64,000 nucleotides of DNA. It comes from Paramecium tetraurelia. Taxonomy: Eukaryota. Positions within the stretch are counted from its first letter, which is position 1, and each line of letters begins with the position of its first letter. Positions 1 to 13,241 of the stretch are shown here, piece after piece. Location: assembly GCA_000165425.1 (NCBI GenBank), contig CT868072.1, positions 1-64,000 of the forward strand. Reading direction: 5' to 3'. The notes below the pieces were generated by a model. The model had not been told where the DNA came from. It worked only from the letters and a program-made list of their open reading frames with translations, and did not search any database. A program made the translations under genes and the position numbers.

Positions 1-90
1 CATCCACAACCCCAAACCCCAACCCCAAACCCAAACCCAAACTCAAACCTCTAATTCCCAACCCTCAACCCCAACCCCAAACCCAAACCC
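1..90 (+). repeat. Macronuclear telomere, mixed CCCCAA/CCCAAA repeats with a few degenerate units
   Basis: Window starts with tandem C4A2/C3A3 hexamers (aaccccaaacccaaacccaaa...), the mixed repeat characteristic of Paramecium telomeres; unique sequence starts at ~91. Confidence 0.95.
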
Positions 91-625
91 TTTAGTAAGC
101 TTTATGTCAAATTCATCTTTTCTGAATGGCTTAGCAACTCCATTGTGAGATATAAGAACATTTGAGTCATTTTTGTTTAGTGAGTTGAGTGATACTTTTG
201 AAAGTCTGTACATTCTAATATAATATGGACTAAGATATGGCATTCATTTTAAAGAAGAAGTAAGTTGACAGATCACCTTTATCTGGTTAACAAAAACATA
301 ATATAAATTTAAACAACTTTCCTACCTAGTTATCTATAAACATCAAAGAAACTTTTGAAAAAATGATCTCATCATAAGTTTATTATCACCCAGCAAATCT
401 AAAATGCATTTTTGAAGTTCACTTCTAACCTTTTTACAATTTTTTTATTCTCTTGTTTAAGTGTTTGATTATAATACAGTATTATTAATTTATGACGAAG
501 TATTATTATTTTGACCGGGGTCTATCAAGGTTATTTAATTAAATAATGCGGACAATAGTTTCTATTAGAAAATTGGGATTCAATAGTAAATATTTAATAA
601 GTTCTCTATCAATTAAATTAATATT

Positions 626-1396
626 ATGATAAAGGTTTTTATCCTGAATAGCGTTTTTGTTTTAATTTATGGATGGACTGTTGACAAGGCAAATCATTGC
701 TCTTGTAAAAATTACAGTTTGTTTGTTGATTGCGTCATAAATTTTGAGTATGGATGTGAACTTAAAGATTTTACTTGTTAGAATGTAAACTGCACTGCAT
801 AAGCTCCTGACAGATGTTCACTCTTCTAAAATTAATGCTACTTGGATAAAAAAAACTCAAATAGTAAATGCTAACCATTTAACTCATGTAGTGATCTACA
901 AGGAAATGATGATCGTGAATGTTATGCCTAAAACATTCGTTGCGCTAAACTAGGAGAAACAGGACCTAATTGTGTTGAATTTAAATGTTCATACTATTCT
1001 GTAGATACCTGCCCACTAATGTGTTTCGTTGTTGGAGAAAAGTGCACAGATTTCCCAGATTGTTCAACTTTACAATTGAACAGGTGTAATGTCTAACGTG
1101 TATGCTATAATGATGAAATGACTTGCAAATGGGAAGAATGTTCGAATTATAAATCAGATTCAGATTGCATGTATGTTTATACTCCAGAAAGAAGAATTCA
1201 ACCATGTTATTGGAATGAAAAAGACTAAATTTGTGCTAATGCAGAAGGTCCGGAAGATTTAAGTAATTTTAGTTGCAGTTTGAATACAAGAGGTGCTTAT
1301 CATTGGAGTTCGAGTAAATTGGATTCTGGGAGTTGTCAATCATGCTTTGAGATGCTTTTAAAAGTTGTTTTGGCCATAATTCTTATATTTGTTTGA
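626..1396 (+). CDS. Cys-rich surface 'mini-antigen'-like protein (256 aa; signal peptide, hydrophobic/GPI-type C-terminus)
   Basis: Intronless ORF in ciliate code MIKVFILNSVFVLIYGW...; periodic Cys; ends ...RGAYHWSSSKLDSGSCQSCFEMLLKVVLAIILIFV-TGA. Confidence 0.85.
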
Positions 1397-1609
1397 GATT
1401 AAATGCAAATTTTAAAAACAAATCATTTTATTATTCATCTTTTTATAAGATATAAATTTCATTATTAACCTCTCATTTAATAAGTGAATCCACTAATGTT
1501 TGAGTGATAAGTAGAATTTTGAAGGGATAAAGTTGAGGTATTTAAAATTAGAGGACAATATATAAATCGATATTAAGAAATATATTTAAGAGATTTGCTT
1601 ATAATTATT

Positions 1610-4200
1610 ATGTTAAAACAAGCAATGAATTTAATTTCTTTAAATGAATTTATTAGCATTTTTGTGAGTTTAAAATAAAAATAAACTTGAATTTTAAAAT
1701 ATATTTTATTTTCATTCCTTATCTGTATTCAAGAAAATTACTTGATTTATTGCTCGAATGATAATTCTATCTTAAAACTCATATGTGTTTCCCAATAATA
1801 CTATAGTAAAATAAAAGATTGTAGAAAGTAATAGTAAATATTATTTAAATAGCTTCGAGCAGCTTAACTCTCAAATTTAGCTTCATATTTGATGATGTTG
1901 CTAGCTGAATAAAGATCTTAATCAACTATAAAAGTTGAATTTTTATTCCAACTTATTAATTATGTGTTTGGTCTCTCTTTCTTAATTATAGTTTGAAGTA
2001 TAAAATCTTATTTCTTCAAAAAACTTTATCCCTAAGATAAATAATCGTATTCCTAAAGTAACAAATATAAAAATGGAAATTAACAATTTTTTAAATAATT
2101 TAAATCACTATGCTGATTAATCCTCTAAAGAAAACTAAAAAAGTTGATAGAGACGGGGAATGTTTAAAGTAATTTAAGTAAAGTTTAATTGAAGTTCTTT
2201 TTTAAATTATTTTCTATTGAACAGGACAATTAATTTAGTAATTTAGGTTTAACTTTAATGATTTCAATAATTAACTACTAATTTTTTTCAAACCCTTTAG
2301 AAATAAAATAAATTATTAACATAATTATTCTATTTTTAAATTTTCTTCTCAATAATGATATTATTAAAGCCCTCAACAATATTTTACTAAGCTAAAAGGG
2401 CAAAACATAATAGTTGATCTAACTATGTAAATGTATTAAAATAATTTTAGAATTTATTCTTTATATGCAAATATTCTTAATTAAGTCAAGCTTTTTTGAA
2501 TTATTCATAAAAGTTGAGAATAAAATTTATCAAATTTTCAATCATTTAGAACTTCATCCTTTTTGAGTCAAATACATTTACATATTTTTAACCCTCATAA
2601 AGATTATATTGATAATTTGTTTTAATTTTAATTAAGAACGAAATGTTATTTCGAAATTGCAATCACACCTATGTTCTCGTTTGTTTAGGATTTTTTATCT
2701 AAAATTGTCAGAAACGCTGCTCTTCCATTCAAACAGAAAGGATTGAAAGGATTTAATCTAGTTTCTAATATGGCTAAAACTAAATTGCATCTTATAGCAC
2801 TTTGAATTTTGTAATTTGAAATTTAAGGTTTGAGATGAAATATGATTATTTTGAATTAAACTTTTTAAGTTTTAATTCAAGAAATATTTTCCTAAATACT
2901 CAAAGAAAATATCAGTATTAAAATATTTAAGGAGGTTAACCCAATGTTGAAAATTGATTTCTAAGACAAAAATTTATAAATAACATTTTTGTTTATAGTT
3001 TAATAATTTCCATAAAATAATTCTATAAAATGACGGAATCAAAATATAACAACCATGTGTAAATTTAAAATGAAAATTTTGGAGAGTAATATTCAGAGGA
3101 ATATTATCAAGCATAAGCATAATTCAAATATGAAAATTTACCAAATTATCAACCTCATTATCAAATAAAACAATAAGCAAACTAAGTATGGCAACAAGAA
3201 TAGTATTAGAACCAAAATTATTACGGAAATCAATGTATATTTTAATCAAAAATAATAGATTAATAATAAGAGAAGGCAAATATTATTCATATTGTACAAA
3301 CGTAAAATTCTAATAGAGATTAAGACTCCAAATGCTTTTAATGTTAAAAATGTTGCAGGAAATGTTGGAAAAAATTATGCAAAGGTGTTTTCTTATGCAT
3401 CTTCTTTACAGTTATATTTATAATTATGGCAATTCGGTTTGTAAAGGATCTATTAGAGGGACATGATAATCAACATCAATGAATTATATTTTTCAATTAA
3501 AATTATATGGTTCCTTACTTAATTCTGTCAATGATAACTGTTGTAAAGTGAATTAAATACCAATTTTAAACTGTTAGATTCAAAAGAATAATTTATTCAA
3601 AATTTTTTTGGTTCTTAACTTATATATCTTAAAGGACGTATTTCGGATGAAATATAAAAAATTTTAGAATAAACATATTTAACTTATTTCTACTAATAGT
3701 GATCCCCTGGTTAAAATTAATCATAATAGATAATATAATAATATATTGATCTAATAATACTAAATGAAATATAGCTGTTATTTTTATAAAGGGATAGATA
3801 ATATTTTATAGTAATGAATATTTTCAAAAAATTTAATAGTAAATGAAAGAAACTAACAGGAACTTGTTTAAATATTAATCAAAATATATAAAACTGATTT
3901 GAATAAGTATTTAAACCTAACGCGTTAATATTTGAGTAGATACTAAAGCATTTTCAATTGTAAATAGGTTGAAAATTCAAAGAACTGTGATAGATTGAAT
4001 TTGGACATGTTTATATGGGATAGTTACCTTGTTAATTCTTTGATTTCTTGAATTCAAAGTAAATTACATAAAAATATGATATTTATCTTGACTTAGTTTT
4101 TATAACAAGTTCCCTATTTTTCCTAATTTAAATCTAAGAATTACTAATAAATATTATTCTATTTTCTTTACTCTTGTTCAATTAATAAGGTTTTGTTTAG
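1610..4200 (+). pseudogene. Probable decayed coding sequence, family unassigned
   Basis: Coding-like stretches on + strand (e.g. MEINNFLNNLNHYADQSSKEN at ~2072) broken by TGA stops and frame changes; no recognisable motif; boundaries approximate. Confidence 0.3.
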
Positions 4201-4315
4201 CATAAATAATAAGGGGAGGTTTCCTATTTAAAATATTTGCAATTAATAAATAATACGCATTTATTGTGTGTTTTAAAATGAAAATATGATAAATAAATAA
4301 AATATATCATTGAAT

Positions 4316-4911
4316 ATGATTTAGTTGTTTAGATTTTGTTCAGGCAAGATAACATCATCATTTCCAAAATTATCTTTCAAGGTGAAAGATTTTTCAATTT
4401 TCAAAGGGGAAAAGCCAACAGCTTTGAAAAATGATGATATCAAAACATTATTGAAGATGCATTAATTAGGAGCAACATGGAAATTAGTATTGATCATATC
4501 AAATATCAAATAGCAAGATGATAATTCACTATATAAGGAAGTGAAGTTTTCTAATTTCAAGGAAGCTTTTTCATTCATGACTTAGGTGGCTATATTCAGT
4601 GAATAAATAAATCGTAATATTTTATTAAATGTAGATCACCCTGAATGGGAGAACCTATTCAATACAATAAAGATTAGATTAATCACAGATGATGTAAATA
4701 ATATTACAGTCAAGGATGTATTTTTAGCGTATGCCATAGTAATGATATATATATAAATTTATAGGATAATATTGCAATGAATGTGCAAGTTAAATCAGCG
4801 GAATCAACTAATGATACAAGAATATTAGAGATTGCAAAAATTGCTGAAGCATGGAATTTCAATTTTGATTAGTTTCATCGTATGATTGAGACAGATTCTA
4901 AATAAATATGA
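4316..4911 (+). CDS. Pterin-4a-carbinolamine dehydratase (PCD/DCoH) family protein, likely mitochondrial; 3 introns
   Basis: FSNFKEAFSFMTQVAIFSEQINHHPEWENLFNTIKIRLITDD after splicing introns 4487-4513, 4614-4634 and ~4739-4764; basic/Ser-rich N-terminus. Confidence 0.85.
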
Positions 4912-5348
4912 AATGTTAATATTTTATTTTATTAATAAAATTATAAGTATATTTAGAGTTATGTTTGTTTATGATATTATTTGAAAGGCACCACCAATGA
5001 TTAATAGTTATAAAAAATTGAAAGAAAAATTAGGAGAATAATTCAAGTCAATGAATCAATTAATAGGAATATTTTATTTGTAGATATTTTAATTAGCATA
5101 TTTTTAATATTTATTAGTTTCCTCTTTTAATTAAGTTATGATTGAACTAGAAAATTGAATTAATAATTTTCGATTTAATTAATAAATCTCATATATGAAT
5201 AAATTAAAAATATCTTAATTATTGTTATCAGCATAATGTATACAATTAATAATAATAATTAATTCATATTATAACTTGAAAATTATTAATAAAATGATAA
5301 TTCTATTACAATTTTAAAATTTATATTAAAAAAAGAAATCTAGAAAGT

Positions 5349-8117
5349 ATGGAAAAAATGGATTAAAAGGTTGAATTAGTATGGTATCCAACAGAATTTT
5401 AGGATGATCATTAATAAAATCTAAAAAATACTAGCTAAAATAGCAGCTTTACTCAATAATTTGAAGAAGCCCTTAAAATAGTTCGCGAACTCCAAAAGGA
5501 TGGTAATAACATTTTTGTAATTTTATTAGGTTCTTAAATCTCTTAAAAGTAATAAAATTTAAAGATGAATATAATTGGTTTCGGTGAAGATACATAAACT
5601 AATTAAAAGCAGTTCTTGGAAAATCATGATTTATTAGTTCTCACCGAATCTAATGTATCAAAACTGTAATACTATGTAAATTAAATTATTGACTTCTTAA
5701 ATGCTATAGAATCCATAAAATTATCATTTTTTGCACAAGTGAAAGGAATTCGGAGTTATTATCATTAGGTTGAGGAAACAGGATTTAGATTCTTACTGAT
5801 AAATTAGTAATTGCAACAGAATTATTAATTATCAGAGAGCTAATTGGATGAAGAAATTATAAAACTTACTTCATAGAGTGATTTAAATGAATTGAAATCA
5901 TCAGTTCTTTAAAAAGAAGAAATGAAGAAAAACAAAAAAGGACATGGATTTAGTATTTTTGAAAAATTAATTTATTATTATTCTAGATAGGAACTATATA
6001 ACAAATTGAATTAGTAAATGGCTGAATCAGATTATGAATCTATAAAATAAATTATGTGTACATTATTCGACGGTTATTCAAAATTAAATTATCAAAAAAA
6101 ACCTCCAAAGAAATTATATCGAGGTTTTAGTTTACACCCATGTTTTCGTGATATTTATTTAAAAATTGTGAGAGATTTAATGTTTTGTCACTAGAATAAA
6201 AGTAGTATGTTTTGGAACACTTTAGCAAGTACTTCATTGGAACCAAAAGTAGTAGATAAATTTTTACAATAAAATTTAAAAATAGTATTTGAAATTTAAT
6301 TAAGTGAAAACAATCCACATCCTTATTTTAAACTTAAAAAATATCACGCTTAGTATGATGAAGAAAAAGAAGTAATCTTGTTTCCTTAATTTCAATTTGA
6401 GGTAATAGAGTATCGCAAATGTGAAAGTGGAATTGATTATTTTTGTATTAAATAAATTGAGAACAATTTGTCAATGACTTTTGATAAGAAGAAGAGAGAA
6501 AAATATTGGTAAGACAGAATTAATAATGAACTCAAGCCAAAACTGAAAATAATCAATGAATTTTATCAAACGAGAATCAATTTCATCATTAAAGGTGTCA
6601 GAAAATTTGCTCCTTAAGTTGGCGATATAAGATATTTTTTAAAATAGAATTTAGATGCCTATTTTTTTCAGTTAGTTTAATATCTTTAATAGTTTTTTTA
6701 AAATTAAGAAACTCATAAAGAATATCTGGATAATTTACTTGATGTTTGTATCAAAGAAATATCATTCGAATTTATTATTTCCGATGACTTTTTAGTAAAA
6801 TTGAGTGATTTTATCTCAAGAGTGTCAGAACAGTTAATTAATTAATTTATAAAAATAATATAAAAAATATTCAACCTTGAAGATTTTAAAGGAGATTTAA
6901 TAATGATATGGTCTGAATTTTATCCTTATACTATTAATTCTCTTTTTAATTATCGCTTAGATTGTATATATAGTAATACACCAAATTACACAACTCGACA
7001 ATTAAATTGGAGAAAATTACAACAGTAAGAAGTTAAGACTATTTAAATAGTCCAACATAGTGAATCTTAGAAAATGGGATATGAATTAACTATAGATGGA
7101 AATAAAGTACTAGTCTATCAAACTGATGATGGAGTACCTACAATAGTTAAACAAAAAGATACCACAAAATAATTGGGTTATACTGATAAATGGAAAACTC
7201 AAGGAAAACGTTTATAAACAAAAGATTTGACGGTTAAAGATGTTTAATAGGGATTAAAAGCTGATCTGAAAAACAATAACTATAATCTTACAAATTTTGA
7301 AAAATATAAAGTAAAAATAACAGAACAGTAAAGTCGATAACTTGGTTAAGTGGGAGTAATATTAGGAGGTATGTTAGTTGATGCTTATTATGGGAAGTTG
7401 GATAAGGATTAATTAATCTAAACTGGAATTTAGACTGCATCTATATTCCTCTCTTAAAGCATCCAATTGGGACTGTTAGTGTTTTAATTAGGAAAAGCCT
7501 TAGTAACCGATTGGAAGAAATTTCTATCTAAAAGTAACATTTAAGCTATGGTCAAACAATACTTTTAACATATGTCAATAACGTAATTATCATTATTTAT
7601 TGGGAATTCTGTTGGTACCTTCTATGGTCCCTTTGGATGTGCTTCTGGATAACTAATGGGTGGAATAATTGGAGGAGCAGCAGCAAAATTAATACATATG
7701 AAAACTCTGAATAAAAAATTTAAACTCAAAATTACATTTGGTTAAAATAATAAAGGGATCTAAAATAATGGATTGCTGATTCATCGTGGGGTCAATCCAA
7801 AGGTTCAGTTTTCAAAAGTTGATAAAAATTAAGTTAAAAGTTTAATCATTTATGCTGTCTCAGATTACAGAATATTGTGGCTAGCAATAAATATACCAAA
7901 TGATTAAATAACTATAGAAGAAAACGATAGATTAGGAATGTTGTCTTTAAGATTTCCATATATGGGACCATTTGATCATGAATCGAAAATAGCATTTTAT
8001 GCATTTGGTGTAAATGATTAAAATCTTAATGAAAATAATGTATTCGAGGATATAAATAATAATAAACTCACTATTGTAAGTTCTGCTTGTAAATAAATAA
8101 TAAATAAGACCAAATGA
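5349..8117 (+). CDS. ~913-aa protein: mono-ADP-ribosyltransferase (R-S-E) domain + glycine-zipper segment + PEBP/YbhB-like C-terminal domain
   Basis: Open in ciliate code (probable 27-nt intron 5503-5529); KLYRG (6111-6125), LASTS (~6222-6236), YDEEKEVILFP (~6354-6386); IGNSVGTFYGPFGCASGQLMGGIIGGAAA (~7599-7685); NPKVQFSKVD..VKSLII..LWLAINIP..YMGP..AFYAF (~7790-8010). Confidence 0.8.
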
Positions 8118-8465
8118 AATAGAATATAAAATAAGATAAATATATTATTCACAGTTTTTAATAATTCTTAAATTTATTTTTCTCATTTTATTTTTAATGT
8201 GGAGTATTATCAAATTTATAAACAACTAAAAATCCAATTAATTAAATTTGAAAATACATATTAGTAAATAAATAAACTTTTGATAATTTCTGAATAATTA
8301 TTTCATTTCATTTACAAAAATGCCTTTACAGACATATTAATTATTAATATACTAATCTGATAATTATCTTTATTTATTCTTCGGAATTTATATATAAATT
8401 ATTATAAATAATTATTGTATATAAATGCGTATTAAGAGAATCAATAAAAATGAGAATCTATATAC

Positions 8466-9223
8466 TCATTCAATGCATTCCTCTTATTCAAATTTGTTTT
8501 TATTTACAAAGCTTTTACTTCTTTTATGTATTCTATCAGCAATTTTATTTTTTTGAGAATTGAGATCATTTTATATTATCTAGTGTAATTGACTTATTAC
8601 TTCATTAATTTTGGATGTTTCTTTCTTTAAATTATCAATCATTTATCTAACCTCATTTGTTTAATTAGTTATTAAGTTATTTTTTTAAACTTCTTACTTT
8701 TCTTATGGAATTTCAAATTATTGAATATTGTTATCGTAATGTTATTAAGTATCGATAATGGAATGCACTTTAAAATCTAGCTTTTTTGTTGTTTATTTTT
8801 AAAGTGTGTCTTCTTCCTTTTTCTTAGGTGATATTATTGAAGGATGACTCATTAACCAATTTAATTTACTTTTAAAATATTCACCTTATTAATCTTTTTG
8901 TGCTTCATAATATTCAACTCCTTTCTTATTAATAACATCTATTAAATACCATATATAGTTAAATAAGATTATTTAATGCAATGCTGTCGGTATATTTGCT
9001 CATCATTAAAGTAATGTCATTCTTAAGAATTTAATCAGCATAGTCCTTTGGCAACTCACCTATAATGTGGAATAGTTGTTACTCCTTTTTTTTGGACTTG
9101 TAGCAAATTTTCCCAAAATTGACATAAATTAAATAAAACTAATATTAAGGAATAATTAACTTCAATTTGAAATCCATAATAAATCTAGTTTTCTTCAATA
9201 ATTGTGTTAGATACAAATGGCAT
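8466..9223 (-). CDS. Hypothetical protein (Lys/Gln-rich C-terminus)
   Basis: MPFVSNTIIEENQIYYGFQIE-intron-FYLIYVNFGKICYK...; ends EQEECIE-TGA; internal exon structure not fully resolved. Confidence 0.5.
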
Positions 9224-9547
9224 AAATATTGATATTCAATAATCAGAAAAAGAATTACTTTAGGAATATTTGTAATAAAAGGGTATTACATGTAGTAAGT
9301 TCAATCTAAAAATTAAATAGAAATACAATAAATAAGGAAATATAGTAATCTTAGTTAATATAGATTGATTGGCCTTTGAAAGTTTTACATTGCAAAAGTA
9401 ATAACTTTTAGATAGATAAGTATAATTTAATAAAAGACTGATAAAGCATAAGAACATAGATTAATTAGGCAATCTAATGATATTTATGAATGTATAGAGA
9501 GAGATTATTGATAATAATATATATTTATTTTATATGATAAAAAATAT

Positions 9548-11420
9548 TCAAGAATTCTTTTTGTTTTTATTGGTTGGAGTAGATGCCTATTTATTTGTTT
9601 AGGACAATGAAGATAAATTATCTGGAATTCGAATTTACCTGGTAGAATTATATAACCTAACCATATCAGAGACCTCTGAATTTTCTTAATGCACAGGTTA
9701 ATCTTCAAATTAATCTATTATCTATTTTCTGTGTGAATTTTGAATTGCAATTCTATGTAAATCTATGTGTTTCTTTGACTCTGTTTTTTGTAATTATGTA
9801 TTAGGAATATCTAAAATTAGGATTAAAAGCTTACCAGATATATCTCTAGAACCTAATCGATTCAAACGAGAACTGTATTAACTAAATTTGGACGCTCCAA
9901 CAACAGATGGTGGTTTCATTTCAATTTTGGCAAATGAATTGTTAGAAACACATGTCATTGATTCTATAGAATTTAGATTTCCTGTAAATAAAGGTGATCT
10001 TTATTCCAATGTCATATCTATCGAACCTGCTCTAACATTATTTTTGAATTATTAATTATATTCTGCCAAATTGCTTGTATATTTCTCTAGCTTAATTTAT
10101 TATTGTTTGGCTAATTCTTTGAAATACGGATGTCTTAAACACTAGATTCGATAATTTAAATACTTCAGTAGAACTCAACCTATAAGATGCTTTTTTTTAT
10201 AGCATTGATCTGATGAGATCTTACATTTAAATGGGAGCAGACTTGAAAAGAGAGTCATCAAAGTCTATTTAGCAATCTTTATTGGCTTTTAGAATAGCTT
10301 TCTGATCCTTCCCAGTAAATGGTTATCCTCCAGTCTATTTATAGAAATTATAAAATACTATCAAGAGATACAAAATTACGCCAGCACTAAAGACATCACA
10401 TTTTTCATCATAGAATTATTAGCCTTCCAAATAATCTAAAATTTCAGGTGCCACGAATCCTGGAGTTCCACATCTTTTGAATAAGATATTTTCATCTGTC
10501 AATTGGGCAGCCAAACCAAAATCTGCCAAAATAATATCATGATTATTCTCATTTGACCGTAGTAGCAAATTTTCAGGTTTCAAGTCTCGATGTGCAATTT
10601 TGAATTGATGTAAATGATTCAATGCTGATAATAAATTATAAGCCAATCTCTAAAGAGTTTCAGCTGGCAGAAAGCCTAATAATTACTGAATTGAAAACCT
10701 GTTTCTCTAACTCTTTATAGCAATTCACCTCCACTTACTATGTCAACTACAAAGTACACGGAGTTAGTCGTTTCATGAACTTCGTGTAACTTAACTACGT
10801 TTGGATGATTTAATTTTCTCATCACTTGCATTTCATTTAACAGACTCTCAATTCCCTTATGTTGCTATTACATGAAGGACTTACTAAATGCTTTGATGGC
10901 ATATTATTAATTATTCTCTTTTCTAGTTGCCAAATAGACTTTGGCAAAACTTCCTTTACCAATTAATTTTGAAACCATAAAAGCATCATGGAAATTCTAT
11001 AACAAGCAAACCTTCCTGAAATGCTGCTTCCATTGATCATATAACAATTTGTCAGATAGAAAGATATCCAAAGCTTTTGTTTGATATGTCAATTTGAATC
11101 CATATTGTTACTCATCAGAATTTAATTAAACCATGTGATCAGCTCCAGGGTCGATATAACTTAAATGCATAGTAGCCAGAGGGGCACATTTTAATTTATC
11201 GACAGTAACTTTATAAAGATATTCTAATCCAAGCACAATAAATATTGGTTTTACTTTATCCTTCCCAGCTGTCAAAAATTCTTACTCGACTAAAAAAGAT
11301 TAAGACTTAAATAATATTATTGATCATAAGTACATCCAGGACAGATTTATCACAAGGTTACCAAAATTTATTTCTGGTTTTTCCAAAATCAAAGACAGAA
11401 ACAACTTTTTATTCAGCCAT
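9548..11420 (-). CDS. Ser/Thr protein kinase, CAMK-like, with PH-like N-terminal region
   Basis: [40 protein letters not shown]; several tiny introns; stop at 9548-9550. Confidence 0.92.
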
Positions 11421-11478
11421 TCTTAAAGTTCACTGAAACAAAATAATAAATTTATATATATATATAAGTTAATAATTC

Positions 11479-13049
11479 TCAACACCTCTTAACCATTTTA
11501 TTAGTCCCATAATTTATTTCCTCCTCTATCTTAAAAGAGAAATCATCCTCCTCAGCCTGAGAGTTCTTTAATTAAGCAAACAATGTGCTCGTCTATAATT
11601 CATTCTTATAGAGATTCTAATCGTTATTATTACACAATTACGTGATAAAGGGAACACATCAAAGTGCCTAACTAGAGAGGATTTAAAATGGATTTGAGCG
11701 CATCCCAAACCTGATCCAATTTAGAAGCATGGTCTTAGATGGACTTAATTTCATTCTTTATTTTATCTAACGAACTTAATAATCATTGGATTCATTACTT
11801 AGAGATATTTTATTTTAATTATTGAACCTTGGACTAAAATTTTTTAAGTTTGGTAAAATTCTCAAATTTGACATTTGTACTTTAAAAACCTTCCTTTATC
11901 CAATCACTGTAATCTCTAAAAATTAAGAATAACCATAAATTACATACTACTCCGTGTTCGCAAACATATCTTTCGAATTTTAGCATGCATATAACAAATA
12001 TTTTACTTACATGGGTAACATTATTTCAGCTATGCTATCAAAATATACTCTAGCAGTATCGTTTCTTTCCTACGAGTTCGATTGTATTCTATATCTTAAA
12101 GCATCCATTATTATCCCAATTTCATCAAAACTAGCCTTTTTTATTATACACAATTCCAACTTCTCAAACATCTGCTACTACTGTTCTAAAAATTATTGAA
12201 ACTATATATAATTAACCAATTAAATACTTTCTGAGTCTTCTTGTTAACTATCTCCATAGATTGGGCTTGATTTTTACATATATCCTTTAATTTCTCATTC
12301 TCTAATTGCAATTCTGAAACTTATTTTTCGAGCAATGATTAATATATTTTTTTCCTTTCTCTCGAATTCTTTGCAGATTCCCTATTTTTTGCTAATTTTA
12401 ATTATGTAGGATCTGTCATTTCATTTGAAGTTTCATTCTAAAGGTTTTGAGATCTCTTTCTTTCTAATTTTTATTGACTCTTAGATGATCTTGGAGTTAT
12501 TGAAGGTGAGACTGAGTTATTATTAGATGTTCGCTTCTCTAATAGAGAGTCAATCTTGTCTCGATAAATGCTCTTGCCCTGATTTTGAGGGATGAGCATT
12601 TTAACTTCAGGTTTAAACTTACTATTTATTTATTCTGCTGATTCTACATATAATAAGGACCATTACAACCTAATCGGAAATCTTGATCTCCTGAGTATTG
12701 AGATCTGCTATTTCTATCTGAATGTATGGATTATATTTGTTTTGATTGACTTGAAGACTCTTCATGAATTAATAAATTATCTAATCTAACATCTTCGATT
12801 TTCATTTCAAAAAATTGATCCAGACTATTCTTAACTTCAGAATCTATCAATTACGACTGATGGAGGTTATTCTAAAAACTTCCCACTTGTTGATCATTAT
12901 AACCCAAATAATTCCTGCCGAAACTCAATCTAATTAATATAGGATTATGATTACTATTATTCCTAACCTGATCCTGGTAAAAAGTCTGCTGTTCCTGCTG
13001 TTCCAACAAAATTATAAAATTATCCACTAGAATTAAAGCTGTCTGCCAT
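11479..13049 (-). CDS. bZIP transcription factor
   Basis: KLAKNRESAKNSRERKKIYQSLLEKQVSELQLENEKLK basic region plus leucine zipper at ~12285-12400. Confidence 0.9.
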
Positions 13050-13241
13050 TATAAATTAATGTTTAAATATTTTATTAATATATAAAACTAAAAATTAGAG
13101 TATCATTACATAAATTAGTTGATGTCTCATTAATATTTTCGAATAATTGTTAAAAAATGCGGCACACTCTTATGAGATACTTCATTTCGATAATATTTAA
13201 TTTTAGATATAATATTTGATTGGTTATAATAACACGTGATG

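Noticed and set aside
43..243. ORF-track protein ending GFGFGVGVEGWELEV
   Set aside because: The Gly-rich tail is simply translated telomere repeat.
3340..3385. AGNVGKN as a possible Walker A / NACHT P-loop in the decayed subtelomeric tract
   Set aside because: Does not match GxxxxGK[ST], and no Walker B or supporting frame was found.
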